DNA of 64,000 nt from Ophelia neglecta (GCA_965285935.1 OZ260661.1:61876001-61940000); one strand, 5' to 3'. Shown: positions 26,401-41,300, counted from the stretch's first letter. The notes: a model not told the origin generated them from the letters alone. Numbers and translations: made by a program.

Positions 26401-29400
26401 AGATACTGCCCTCATTGTATTTGTCTGGACACTGATGATCCAGATAACATGATTCTTCTACTAGGTTCCAGGACATTCCTGCATCTTTACTAAATTGGAA
26501 CAGGACTGGGTAATCAAATGAAAAGCTCTTGCTGCATCCAACATTGATCTAAAAGAAAGAAAATGTTCTAATCAGTTTAAAAGTAGTGATATGCACAACC
26601 GATCATATTTCAGTACCAGTGAGATCAATAAATATATCATTGACAAGATCAAACATAGAAAGTTGTTTAAAACACTAAAATAGCTAGTTTTTGTCTGTTC
26701 ATAATGTTTTCCTACCCTGAATTGTATGATGTCTCCTTTCTTAAGAATCATGTCAGTAGTTTGTGCAAACTTGTCATTATTTTGATTGGCAAACATGAGT
26801 GCGTCATTCTGAGACCCACAATAAGGAGCGTACATAGCCTCAGTTATAGTCAGCCACCGGTGCTGGCTGGCTTCATCCGCTGGCTCATCTAAAAGCTGAA
26901 GTGATAAATGGTTAATATCCAAAATAGAAAGGTTTAAAGTTACATCACATTTTACCAAACAATCTATACAAGCAACTGTACATAAGAATAAGGTAATATT
27001 GATGACAAAAAAAAGCTTAAAGGGTTTCAGACAATATTTCTACATTCATGATTTATAAACTGGTAAGTGCAATCACCTCAAAATTGTCTTCTATTTTGGG
27101 CATGTTATCATATTTCCCCAATATAACTTGGTCAATAGACCACTGGTCTGTATTTTGTCCGGAGTGTGTAGGTTGCCACCAACGGAACCTTGTCAGTTGA
27201 GTCTGTGATTCTTCAGGTAGGTTAATGTGTGCCAAACTGACAAAACACAACTTCATCAATGTGGAAATGGTAATAAGAGCTTATGGAAATAACTATTATC
27301 AAAAAAATAATATGTATTAACAGTGTAGCTAGCATGTGACAACATGGAAATTTTTCTGAATCAACTGTCTAGCATAGGAACAAACCTGGGCTTTCTGAAA
27401 TCATTCCCTTGCAATTCTTTCAGTAACTTCCAAGAAATACCACCATCAGTGCTGTACTGGACCAGAACATTTTCCTGTCTCCGGTCAATACCGAAGCATT
27501 GAATATCATTGATACCACCCAATTGGGCATAGAAACTGAGAAATTGGGCTTTAGTTGTGTTCAAATCCTTGCTCATGAGTACTCTGGGGCCATCCTGGAA
27601 GAAAACACAATGCATTGTTAGTTAGTTGTACATCACATGACTGAATATTAGGAACACGATAAAAATAGATATTCTGTACTACCATGTTGAAAAGTATTTT
27701 GTACCTTAAAGAAGAAGAGGGACTCCCCTGATAGAATGGTGCCACAGCCCTGGTTGGCCCCGGCTGGTTCCCCACCATATAGAGACTGCCAGTCTTTCTC
27801 AAGCTGAGATATTAAAGAGAAGTCATTCTTCATGCCATCTGGAAGGGTGATGTTTGGTTCGCACGATGGACCTGCAAAGTTGGTGTCACATCTGGAATCA
27901 AAGTGTGACCTTATATTAGCAGAATACAACATTTGCATAAACATTTTTGTGGGGGTAAAAAGTCATACAAATTCCGTCTTTTACTACTATTCAATGCACC
28001 ATGATGTCATAATGCCCAAAAGAGTTCGTGACACTATTGTTCATTTGTCCCAGTGTGTAATGTTATTATGATACACAGTTAAAAAAACACTTGCAATCAA
28101 TGTAATAGAGAGAAAAAAATTGAATAAGAATTTTTCAGATTAATCAGTGAGAGATGATAACATACATGCATGCTCCTTGCTGGCACTTGCCATGTCCATG
28201 ACACATATTGGGACACTGCTGACCCACATACAGACTACCAATTGCCCAGCTATCACTGCCGGTCCATCGTGACTGCCGGAAACGAAGCCTAGTTATACTG
28301 GACCTATACAAATAAAGCAGAATACATACAGAGCATGATGATAGGTTTAGCATTGACCTTTGTATGGCAAGGCCAGTATCCTAATCAGTTACATACTTTA
28401 CAAGGACTGAAAGAATTAAATTTTCTTACCATGTTGGAGAAGGTAATATGATAGTGACTCTTTTCCACTGAAGGAACTGGGATGCATGGAATATAGTGGG
28501 CATATGGTAGTTTTCACACATGCGGGGAGGCCAGCAACCCCTTCTGACCAGGTCCCATGTCATCCCATGATCTACAGAGTACTCCAGATATACACTATTG
28601 TCCAGATCTGGCAAGAAATGGAAGCTGCAGCCCATTACCAATTCAAACTGAAGAATGTACGAGGGACCTATCAGCATTGAACTCGTCATCAGATATCTGT
28701 ACTCCCCTTCCTGATAGGGATCTGTGAAACTAAATTAAAACATTAAAATAAAAATGAAGCTGATTCAACTCTTTCGGCAAACAATTGGTGTTAACAGGTA
28801 CTGAGGAATTAATTGTTATTCCATTAAAACTGTTTTAAAACTGTTGTAAAACTGTGTAGTTCCAAATACCTCATTGGATGCATTCTGCCACAGTACATCT
28901 CAATACTGCCCAAATGGACATCCAGTGAGTGTGAAGCTTCCTCTGGGTCAGAGAAATCCTCCAATATAGTGTTATACATCTCACTAGTAACTGACACATC
29001 ATCTATGGCCCATACATCCTGCCCAGGTCCTGAGTGGAAAGGTTGGTTCCAGCGGAAACGGCAAAGGTTCTTCTGTGCTGAAGGAGGCAAGTGGATGGAA
29101 ACCACCCTGAAATACAGATAAAAACAAGAGAAAGTACAAAACATGATCAACTGAGCCCGATATTCTGACTAGAAAAGGTCAAAGAAAAAAAAGAATGACC
29201 TACATTGGATCACTAAATTCTTCAGGAGTAAGTGTCTTCATCAAAGACCAGGAGATTCCTCCGTTACAAGAGTACTGTAGGAATATTGAGTTTTCTGGCT
29301 GATCAGGAGGTGGGCATCCCCCTACAGCTGACTCACTGCCAACTCTGATACTAAACTGCAAATACCTATGAGAAATAAAGAAAATGAGTAATATAAAGTG

Positions 29401-32400
29401 AAGATGGGTCAATTCTTGGAACCATTGATAACATGGAGAGCTCCTCAATCATGCAATCTTGCCATGACACAAGGCTTCCTGATAGAGCTGTAATGGGGGC
29501 ATGTAAGTCATATCATAAAACAGTGACACATTTTGTAATATATTGAAACATTAAGTCCAGTCTCGGTACATTGCATGAAGGATCCAGACATACATGATAG
29601 GCATTTTACCATTGGCCCAAATAAAATCTGCCACTGCATCCTTAGGTTACAGAAACATATCATTTGCATATAGGTGGGCTAAAGCAGCTAAAGACTGCTG
29701 ATTACACCATTAAACTAAATAATAAACCATTCCTTTTTTTCAAAATTGTTTAAACATAATAGTCCAATTCTGAATGGGCATTTGTTTGTATCCAGAAAGG
29801 ATGAATCAAATTGTGTTCCAACTTGTATTAAGCTGACTTGCATGCCTTATATTAAATGTTACCTACATGCTCTTTACAGTCTGATGTTATAATACAGGGG
29901 GGAAGGTGGGGAAGGACAAGTGGATGGGGATGGGGGAGAGTAGGGAAAGGGAGGAGGGGAGGGAAAGAGTAGGGGAAGGGAGGAGAGGAGGGGCCATTAT
30001 GGAGAGTGATTGCTTGTTTCCATTACTTAATTTGCCAGGGGATAAAAATTGCAGATAAAAAGAAGCACAAGATCACCTTGCATTTGTTGTGTTCAGATCT
30101 CTGGTTTCCAGCTGTCGTAAGCCTCCTAGATTAAACACAGCTGCCTTGCCGCTGCTAACCAACCCACAACTATAGCCGAGATTGGCCCCTTTAACAATGT
30201 CAAAGTTTGAATGTATTGTGTCGGGATCAGTCATAAGGTCTATGAGATGGTCGTACACTGGCCCGGTGGCTGTATCACATTGGAAACCTTCATATCCAAA
30301 GTCACACCTAGGATTAGAATTACCAGGGAAGAGCAGGAACTACTAGTGTTTTAATATGTAAAGTAACAAGCTGTGTTTTCAACATATATTGCAAATTCAA
30401 AATTCCTCTCTTCAGACTATGTATGATGATCTTGTCTGCAAAATGTATGGCATTAGTGCTAAACACTATTATAATACTGACTTACTGACATCCATTTTCA
30501 GTGCATTTTCCATGGCCCATGCATCCATTTGGGCAATGACCAATGAAAACTGAAATCAGAATTCATAATGTAAATCAAAATCAGGTAAAAAATACATTTA
30601 TATAAATGGGGTACAAGTGTGAACAAATCGTTTCAAATGCATTTCAAAGTGGCTTTATACAAATGGTGTACAATTATTGTGAATATGATGCATTTAAAAG
30701 TGGGCACTGCTCTCCCTCACCTGAATCTAGTGCCCATTTACTCTTTCCATCATTCAATTGCCTCCACCTAAATCTGCTATATTTGGTAAGAGCAACTTTT
30801 GGCACGGGTAGTGTATATCTTGTCCAGCTGTAAATGCAGATTTACATCTTTGTTGTCTCGTTCAGGCAAAGATTTAAAAGAAACACTTCATGTCATTTAT
30901 CTGTTGAAATGGGACTGGCCATGTATATATAAAGTGAATTTAGTTACAGTTGAAATATCCTACCCGTCTTGTGAATCACCAGAATAAGTTGAAGTCTGGA
31001 CAGACTGGGTTCCATTACAAGTTCCCTCAATACATTGCTCATACATAGGAAACCAATGTTTGCCATGGTCGGTTGAAAATTCCAATACCGCACTGAAAGA
31101 GCAGGGTAAAATGTAACATGTGTTAAATATAAGCATAAAAAAATACATTTTAAAGCAACTGATAAATGGTTGTTTATAATTTTACACTCTGACTCCACCT
31201 GCTGTTGTTTCCATTTGGGCCATATTTCATGTTGAGACTGAATTGGAGAAAATGCTGAGGGTCTTCAGGAAGCAAAGGTAATATGGAAACCATGTCCACG
31301 GCCCAGGCGTCTAGAGCCTGACCACTGTGCTGCTTCTGATTCCAGCAGACTCTCTGTTTAGGCCCTCGTCCCTTTAGGGGAATTGGTACCGACACAAGTG
31401 AGGACATCTAGAATGAAAGTCAAGATCATTTTACATTGTGACCATTAATATAGCTGTTATTTATGTTGTGATAATATTGTGTTGCAAAAAGATTTGGAAG
31501 AATCTGGATCACCCTGGAAATGGACCCTTCTTTTTATGAAATTTCAAAGTATCATGTGTTTCACCTCAGATACCAGAGTGGGCTCTAGGGAATGGAGTTT
31601 GTATATATATATATGCAGATACAAAATTGAGAATATTACATGAACATAGCTGGCCGGTGAAGCAGTTATAATTAGGGCAGTAGTACGTTGTCACAGAGCA
31701 GTCACATTTCAAATGTTGAAACCAAAGAAAACTGCTTTTATGAGACAGATAAATAGTTACTATGTAGGCCTACACCATTTTGTCTGTGTATTTGGTTGTT
31801 TCTTATTCGGATACTTTCCTCCACTGAGGACTTTTCCACAGGTCACTGCTAGCAGGGGCTAATCTACCGTGATGCACGGACGCACGTGCGTCATCCCTGG
31901 CCTGTATTTAAATGCCCTATTTTCTGTGGAATTAACAATAACTTAACTTTTAGGGTGGGTGCATCCACCCTAAAAAATCCTGGATTAGCCCATGGCTAGT
32001 TATATATATATATATCCAGCAAGAAAATTTCTAGGTCCAAAACAAGGTTTTTTCTTTTCATTTTCAATGGTTGAACCATAACTTCTCCGTTACTGTTCTG
32101 GGACACAGCAAACGTTGAAAACAGACAGCTCCAGGTTGTGCAATTAGAGGTAGAGTAAGTGAAACAATACTGGGACCTAACAATTAAAAAACATGTTATC
32201 AACATGTGGTTCAAATGTAACATGGAATGCTCATGTTTCAGAACACTGAGTGATAATTGTACCTCATTGCCTTCGATGGCAAGATCTATCAACTGGATGC
32301 TGTATCCCTCTGCATCTTCTATATACAAGAAAACCTCTGATTTCCAATCGACCACAGTGGTGCAAGCTTTGTTACCTACAAGATAAAGACACGAGGAACT

Positions 32401-35400
32401 GATAATATAGAAATATATTTGGAAGGCTCAGATAGTGTTATTATGTCAAATTGACATTGGGGAATACACCGCTTAGTTAATGTAATTCACTGCATATGTA
32501 CCAAATGTGAAGAAGAACTGCAGGGCCCCAGCATCTTCCAGGTTGACGAGTGGTGTACACAGTCGTCTTCTTTTAGAGCCTCCGGACATCACAGCGTAGT
32601 CACCCAAGTCCATAGTACCACAGTCATGGCCAATATGACCTCCTTCAAAAACCCACCTTTCAGTAAAAAAATAGAAGATTACTTACCATTTATCATAACG
32701 TGCTTGTCAGAATTTGAAAAAAAAAAGTCTTAGTTCTAGTGGTGACAGTCTCAACTATATATAGTAATATCAATAATACATTATCTTACAATTTCTGAGG
32801 CTAGGCTCAGATAGAATCATGACAACAGAAATGTTATTTTTCATAGTGTCCTCTGTACCTCCTGTACCTACCAGTTATATCACAGGCACACACAAACTCT
32901 CGGGCGCATTATATATACAATTATAACAATGTAATACAATGATATGACTTTAAATCCTGGTAATTAAGTTTCTTTGGGTAGTTCTGTTTTACAAACAAAA
33001 TTCTACAATGGCATGACTATTTGCTAATTATATGCTAGAAGAGAAAAGAGGAAAGCACTTCAAAATCTACATTCATGCAGTGGATATATAATTGGGCAGA
33101 AACACAATTAAATAAAAGAGAATCGTGATATCATATTGGATATAAAAATGACTTACTCCTTGATATCACTGGCATCATTCATTTCATTATATAGAATGCT
33201 GCTTGCTTTTTCAAATGTCTTGAGGTTCATGTCCCGGCTGGTAACAAAGTTATATTCAGCATCTTCACTTTCAAACACCAAAGCATGGTTGTCTGAGTGG
33301 CATTTATGCTGTAAAGACATTTTACCTTGTTTACTTCAATGACCCACAGTAGTAGCTCACAGTTAAATTGAGATTTTGGATTTACATGTTTTAAATTTCA
33401 TCTGTTCACAGTGAAAATGGAAATGAGTATTGACATATTTGAACCAACAGCACACAATTAAAACATGCTGTGAACAAAATTGATGTTAGAAAATGGCACA
33501 AATTCAATGAAAAAGATTTACCCTAATATTTGCTCCAGGCAGAAACAGCCAGTTGGCTGGGTCAATGGGGTCGAAGTCTTCTTGCAGCATGGTGCTGGGT
33601 TCTGCCAGGTTGGTGATGACAACGTTGTCTACCGCCCAGCAGCCTGTGTATTTGGGACTCAAGGTGTTTGTTCTCTCCTCCCAGCGAAGACAGACCCCGT
33701 CACGTCGAGCACCTACAGGCAGGTGGACCAAGTGGATGGTCATCTGCTCTCTTGTTGGAGACCTAACCAGAAATTTCATTCGTATATCTAATTTTCAGGT
33801 ACACACATGTATGTAAAGGAAATAGTACAGGCTCTTTACATCTGTTATTGAGGTTTTCACTGTTGCACATTAAGTGCATGCTTCCTACTTGTTTCTCATG
33901 CACAAGTACTGAAAATCTAGAGCGAATTGGTCAAGAAGAGGGGCCTGTATACAAAATCAAACTGATGGCCACAGCACAACAAGACTAAGAAAATTGGGAA
34001 TGTACTCAACATAATCTTTACAAATTTTTACTAGAAATATGAGTTACCAAAGAACGAATGAAGACAAAAAATGCTGGGTCTCTTTTAAGACAGTGCACAT
34101 TATGCAGGAATATGGCTATTATTAAAAGATAACAAAAGATCATTACATGATAGTGGTGACATCAGTGAAGTTAACACAGCCATCTTTTCCATATGAGAAT
34201 ATAATCTGTTCTCCATCCTTCGCCGGTTCACAGCTACCTGAAGCTAATATATATATATATATAACAATCCATGAAATGTATGCAGTTTAATCTGCTGCAA
34301 AAGAAATAATTATATACTTATAATTATACCTGGAAAATTTAATTTTATTGAGTAACAATCCACTAGTTGCGATGAGATGATGAAAGGCGCCAATCTCATA
34401 TTTTGACCACAGAAACTTGTTTTATGTCTTACCTATGGCAAACTGAACTACTGAGGCTGAAGTCAGGTTAAAAGGATGTGTGATGAGGTGCCGGTCTCCG
34501 GTGGCATTACAGGCTACTGCTGATTTGCCATGTAGTACAGTCCCACAGCTAATACCCAGTTCAAATCCTCTGTGGTTGTTCCTGGATAATATCAAAAATG
34601 TCTAGGACTTGATTACAGAATTATTTAAACTCAACATACAATTTATAAATATATGGCATCCTTTCAACAGTAATATGTGAGTTCTTGGGTAGAACTCAAC
34701 AGAAGGATCATTTTCACAGATGACATTATGGCCCACTAGTTTGAGGATCAGTACCAGCATGTAAATATATGACCCAATGCACCACGTCTCTTGAAAGATG
34801 CTGCCAAACATATGTAGCATGTTGTTGACAAGTTATGACACAGGACATTCTATGGCTCCATAAACCGGCCTTAAAACAGCAACTTGCTCAAATAGAATTG
34901 CCAAATTCATATTGCATGAATAAGTAATGGTTTGTGTAATTGCCTTCTCTGGTTACTGGATAACAAGTTAATAAATTTAAGTGATGATGGTAACCAGACA
35001 GCAACAGTAAATAATAGACTTTAAGAATAGTCCTGGAATATCGGCACTGCATGTTAAAGGGTCATAGTAAGTTACATGTATATTATTATGTCACATGACA
35101 ATTTTCTATGTCATGGGACATTATCAATTACAGTAAAACCTGTCCGCAAGGACACCTGACAATTAGGGACACACTTACTATTAAGGACATTGTTTTTAGT
35201 ACAGCTGTAATACTTTACATGTAAAGTAACCTGAGAAGTAAGGACAACTGAGAAAAGAGGACAGATTTCCCAGTCCCTTGGCTGTCCCTAATTGTCAACT
35301 TTCACTGTACATCAGTTCAAAACATTTTAAATGTATATTGATACCATTTACCAAATTTGGGGGCTGAAGTCTGACCCAGAATCAAAGTCCTCTCTTAAAA

Positions 35401-37143
35401 TAACTCCATCAGAATAAGTTGTGGTCAGTGTTGGCCTGGGGGGCACTGCACCTGATCCTATTATTCAACTTGCATATAAAACATCTTATATGAAGCGGTA
35501 CTTTGTATAATCATAAGAAGTGCTAGGATTAATTATCATACACTCATCAGTGGGAAACTGTGCAAACTCATCAAAAAGTAATTATGTGCAGAGTACAGAT
35601 TTATAAAAGATAATTTATTACAAGAGTAAGGTAATAAATGTTGTGAAATATTTTCAAATTTAAGTTAGTATATTTATCTGAAAATAAATGTAGAAGGTTG
35701 CAATACTTACCACCTTCTTCACACAGCTGCATAACAGTGGTGTCTTTGAATAATATTTGAGGTCCAAGTGTTGCAGTTGCTCTATAAAGATATATGATCA
35801 TAGACAAGTGATACCAGATCCACACAAAGAATCATGATCCAAGCCCTACAAAGGCTTTTGGAACTTTGGCTATTTAAAAAGAAAACTGAATTTGAGAAAA
35901 GATGGACCACAATTATATAATGATATTTACTTGTTTTGTTCTAAGCAGCATCTCTTAGTCAGGCCATTAAAGGATAAAATCATTATGTAAAACCAGGACA
36001 TTAACTTGGGACAAGAGTAAAACTTGAAAATAAGTTAATTTCAATCAGTTGTGATCAGTTTACTTAAAGCTTATTAAAATACTAAGAGATAGTCTAGTAT
36101 AGCTTACACAAAACTGACACATCCTGTGCCCTGGGCAGGAGCCTTCCATGTAAATGATAGTTGATGTTTCGGGCGGTGGCTGATATGGGAATGAACATGG
36201 GAGCACATAAAATTTTGTCCAAAAGGTTTTCCAGAGTTGATGGCCAGGCCGGGTAAACTGTTCATAGGAAACCGAGAAAAGTCGCTTGGTATTGTATAAA
36301 GGCCGGTGAGAAGAAAACCATCAAAATCCCTACTAGAGGTTATTGAAACTGAAAGAAAGAGGTATGTGTACCATTCCATTTATTATGTAAACTTATTTAA
36401 TGTAAATTTTTCTTTTTTCATGTGAGACTGCAACATTTTTGTGAATTGAATTATGAAATTATCCGAAACAAAAAAACAATACAAAAACTGCTAATGTTAC
36501 AGTAAATTTCAAGCATGTCTGGTAGGATGAAAATAACTAACAATTTTCATCAAAATAACAATTTCTTACATTGTAATCAAGCTAATATGTTAATATGACA
36601 AATGAAAATTGATAAATAGGTTAAGATCTACGGTAAGAAAAAGCAGGGAGGGAATTCCCAAGAATTCGTGTTTATGAACACAATAAGTACACATTAAATA
36701 CAATGTTATATAAAACACAGACCCTGGGGAAAAAAATCCATTAACTGTCAGATAGTCAATATCCAACTCACCTTCATATAATTCTGAGGGAATGTAATAT
36801 TCTGGATTGTCTTTGATGCTTACACTGATAGCCACTTCACCAGTGTTCAAAGTTGAGAGATCAGACTCAGTATGGTAATTACACATGAAGAAGAATGGAG
36901 ACATGAGGTGGTGTTGAGCTACCCCAAATCCCAGTAATAACAGAAAAATGAGACATTTGGAAAGTTCTTCTTTCATCATTACCACTGATATGGCATCTAA
37001 AATGAATTCATGCAGAAATATCAAACTTTATGAAAGAGATGGATTACTATGATTCAAAAGCTTTGAAGAAATAATGGGTTTTTTAATGAATAATTACTAC
37101 CCAGAAGGCTCTCCTGCTATTCAAACAACTTACCTGATAGCAT
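12818..37143 (-). CDS. RELN: Reelin, full length: signal peptide, reeler/F-spondin-like domain, H region, 8 reelin repeats (A-EGF-B), short basic C-terminus; ~57 coding exons
   Basis: N-terminus ...[28 protein letters not shown]...[18 protein letters not shown]...[11 protein letters not shown] matches Reelin. Repeated YSxxGGxxW Asp-box, TRFRWWQP and WAIDxVYIG motifs. Eight EGF modules at ~30500, 28200, 25690, 23140, 20510, 18580, 16830 and 14000. Last exon 12887-12818 ends ...NLKKGK*. First ATG at 37143 has an upstream in-frame stop; an alternative ATG lies at ~36979. Confidence 0.97.
14447..14480. repeat. (TA)n microsatellite
   Basis: About 17 consecutive AT units in a Reelin intron. Confidence 0.95.
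26014..26116. mobile_element. pogo/Tigger-like MITE (103 bp)
   Basis: TIRs CAGTGTTCCCTGCGATGAAGGGC / GCCCTACATCGCAGGGACCACTG, flanked by TA on both sides. Internal repeats of GATGAAGGGC. Confidence 0.85.
29897..29993 (+). repeat. Purine/G-rich low-complexity tract (G-quadruplex-capable)
   Basis: Multiple GGG-GGGGG runs with repeated GAGTAGGGAAAGGGAGG in a Reelin intron. Confidence 0.7.
35131..35307. mobile_element. pogo/Tigger-like MITE
   Basis: TA-CAGTAAAACCTG...ACTTTCACTG-TA termini, with internal GGACA/TGTCC subterminal repeats. Confidence 0.75.
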
Positions 37144-38352
37144 GATGAGGTTTTTACATCACTTGCTCCCAGAAGAAACAATGATGAGGAAAGAGAAGTT
37201 CAAACACAGACGTATCCTTCCCTGTTTAAGGATGACGCAGTGAATAACAGGGAAGCTGCACATACCATAAGGAATTTATTTCAACCCTAATAAAACCCTA
37301 TACTTCAACACATTGAACAAAAAACTGTGATAATTAGGAGGCAAAACTTAAATTTCCCCATGTGTAAATGTTGATAAAATGAGCTTGCCATAAATCCTAT
37401 CCCAGTGTGACAATACGCAGTACCCTTGAACTAAAGCTGCTATTTATCCTTACAGAGATTATAGAGAAATGCTCAGAAAAGCTACGAACCTTGGCAAGTG
37501 CAAAGTTTTAGAAAATGGGCTCCAGATAGCTTATCCAGTTCATAAGGCACTAATCAGCACATAAAGCTGGTGATTTCTATCAGTGTCAGGGGGTTAGTTT
37601 TAAGTGCCACACAGTTAAAGATAGGAGGCAGCCTGGGAACTGCTGGTTAACGCACAATTATTGTATCATGGAATATCATTTTGAATGTTTTTACAATAAT
37701 GTAACAATGTTTACTTTATATCTTAATGAATCTTTTCTTTATTATTTTTTTATATATTAACCATAAGACATCTTTCGGAGTATTTCATTTAAATTTGATG
37801 TAGCATGTAAGGCTTATTAACAATATAAAATTTTATGATTACAGTTATCTGATTATAAATGTACCTTTTAAAGTATTCATTTTCATACAACAATGCTGGC
37901 CCATCCCAAGGTCAATGACTGGCCTCACCAGGTCCCAGCATATTTAAAATCTCAACTTCTTATCAGCAAACCCCAGGTTGACACCCTTTGGCCGAGCTAA
38001 GCCCATATCAAATTCTAATTGGGACTAAAAACACGGGAGGCCAGAATGCCAGGTCCAATATCATATTTCACTTCTTGCTAGTGTTAGCAGTGATAAAGTG
38101 GTCTGTTTAATCCAAAATTTATGTCTGATATTAAGCTGGAACCATAAATCTTTAAATCAATTGTTTACTTTGAGTGTGTATTTCTAACAAAGTAAGAAAA
38201 CAGGAGCATGCATTGATCATTCATTTATTGACATATAACGTTACATTGTTTTTTATCAATATCTAGAGCCATTTGGTTATTGTCAAGCTCATAAAAATGG
38301 TGGCACAATAATCAAAATGTATTTTCCTTCTGGAGGTGATGTAGAGGATATT

Positions 38353-41300
38353 TCAGCTAATAAAATCAAAGAGATATCTCACTACTTCAAAGTTAACAGA
38401 TCTGAAACAAAAGAATAATCTCTATCATGCGCATAGCATTCTACCCAAGGAAGGTCTTACAGTCAAAATAATATACATGCAATCAACAAAAAGGACTGGC
38501 AAATACATACATTAATCATGAGAAAAATATTTCAAATAGCATTTTCAACATTTAACTAAAACATGATTAGCAGAATTACTTTCTAGTGTCTGTCATTATT
38601 TTTTACTTCATTTTTGTACTGGGATTCAAATGAAAAATATCTGACCCACCTAGAAATGGCTTTGATGAAATCTAACGACACCAAGCATTTATACTTTGGG
38701 CTGTCAAGATGATCTGAGCTGGCAACTTGAGTTATCAGGCCAAGGGTCACTAAAGATGTTATCTGATTAAAAGAAACAGAATCTTTTAATCTTTGATAAA
38801 GTGTGTTTATTTAAACATGGAATTTAGAAACACATGCCCCCCCCCCACACACACACCAATTAAAAGGGACAGTAAAAAAGTTTTTTGCACTTTCAACTCC
38901 TGTGAAAGCAAATATAACCAGATAAATTCTGAAATTCTGTATTTTGCAAAAAAAAAGTGGTTTTCTATAGGTTCTGAATAAAGTGCTAGCATTTTGCTGC
39001 TAAGACAAAGGTGGAAATTGTCATTCTGGTAATTTGACCTTGAAAATGAACACCAAGGTCAAATTGGAGAACTCAATAAGATGCAAAAAATTTCATTTCC
39101 TATATGCTTCCAACATACCTCTAGGCTCTAACTGCTAATATAAATGCTATTTTGATCATTTTGATAATTTGGCTCTAAAGTGAACACTAAGGTCAAATCA
39201 AAGAACTTGCGAAAAAGTGTTGTTTCCTATAGGTTCCCAATGTACTTCTAGGCTCAAGCTTCTTCCATAAATGTCGTTTCCTATAGGTTTTTGAATGTAC
39301 CTCTAGGCCCTAACCATCAGAATTAAGGCTTTATTCATCATTTAATAGTATGACCTTGAAAATGAAAACCAAGGTCAAGTCTGAAAACTTCCTTAGATTA
39401 AAAAAATGTGATTTTTATAGGTACCTATGTACTTCTAGGATCTCACTGCTAAAAATAAGGCTGAAATCATCATTTTTGTAATTTGACCTTGAAAAATTAA
39501 TGAAAACCAAGGCATAGGCACTTCATCCCTGTCAATTTTAGTACCGTCCCTATGCTATTTTTTGTTAAAATGAGTAACAGAGAGTAGTGAAAACAGTTTG
39601 TAACTACGGTAGTAATAGTAGTAAGTTAGTGAAAAGTATTCCCAAAAAATTCCAAAGGCCCAGCACACCAATAATTGCTAATGGTTTCTGTACGTTCATC
39701 GAGGCATTGCTTAGTTAAAACAAATTCATCAGGCGGCAGGGCTTATGGACAACCTCTAGGCCCAATACATGTCCCCCATTTTTTCTTTGAAAAGGGTAGG
39801 GGGAGGGGGGGGGCAATAATAAATATATATCAGACTGTCAATTTTGTTGTTGTCTTGATACTTCAAGCGAAAAGAGTACTACCTGTGTGAATATATTAGC
39901 AGTAGGTGCAACTCTTCCCTCAACAATGGAGTAAAAAATGGCCATGAGTCTGTCCAATGGAAACGGCTTGGGCCCAAGCAACTGGTTACTGGTCTACATC
40001 AAAAAGTAAAATTAAAGGATACATTATCAAATACAAAGTACAATCAAAGGAGCTTACAACTGATAAGTAGCATAGAATACATCAATGAAGAGGAGACTAG
40101 TAAAAAAAAAGCGCAAATAATTGTTCTTCCCCATCAAGAATACAAGTTAATTCTTTATATGATTAGTAACTTATATATTTTAAGGTGTAGCATTGTAAAT
40201 ATGTTGCCAATATAAAAGAGTAGACTGTTCCAGTTTAAGTTGCCATTTTAAGAAATCTAGCCTATATCATTCCAATGGGTTGCTTATTTTCATTTTCAAT
40301 CATGAGTTAGACAATTAGTTTAGATACCTGACAAATTCTAACCTTCAGTTGCAAACTCAAATAATGTACTTATGAACACCCAGACCACTCAGCAATTGTG
40401 ATCACAAAATAGGAAAATCAACATGGCATTGTGGAGGATTGCATTTCATGCTGAAGCTCATACTGCACCCACAAAGGGGGCCAGGGTATGCCCTTCAGTG
40501 AACTTTTGAAATATTGCATAGCATGGGCTGCTTGTTGACAACGGTTTGTCCTTGATTTTTAAAGAACCTTTTATTACATGAAGTTAACAATGCGCACCCC
40601 CATCTAGATAATACATGATAAAATGCATGATAAAACGCAAGATATTACATGATAAAATGCAATGTATTATCAAATACATACTCATATACTAACCCTTTCA
40701 TGTTTCTTGTGAACTGCCAATTGGGCTCTTTTATTTATCTTCCCAGAGTGCTGTAGAAAAATAAAATCAGTTAGAAGGGCGGTGCTCACCTGCAAACAAT
40801 TACATGTACATGTCTCCCTAAGTGGGTGAAGCAATTGTTATGAGAAATATAAAACACACCGGGGCCAAATGAACAATATATGCTGAGAACTGTTAAGGGA
40901 ATTATGATGTCACTGTGCATTGAAAACTCTAGTATAAAATGGAGCTGTATTACATTTTTACCCCCACAAAAAGTTGACGACCCATTTTTATTACTTTTAT
41001 TGCCTAGCGTGAAATATGGCCTAAGGACATTAACTACTGGACAGTATTTAATTTCATATACTCTTCCAATGCATTTAGAAAGCTTACCTGCTTCCATAAA
41101 TGTTATATTTGGCTTGAAAAATGTATTCTTGGTTAAAAAAGTATTTATACAAAGAAGAAAAAAAATACAAATAAAGATTTGTATGAATCTTAGTAGGCCA
41201 AAACCTCCAGGACCTTAATAACTGCTCTTTCACTAAATAACTAGGACTCCAACTCAAAGGGCAACTTAAAACAACACAGTTTGTGTTACAAAGTGACCAG

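Noticed and set aside
31815-31901. In-frame-looking segment [29 protein letters not shown] flanked by AG/GT in a Reelin intron
   Set aside because: No similarity to Reelin, and the flanking exons join well without it. It cannot be supported without RNA data.
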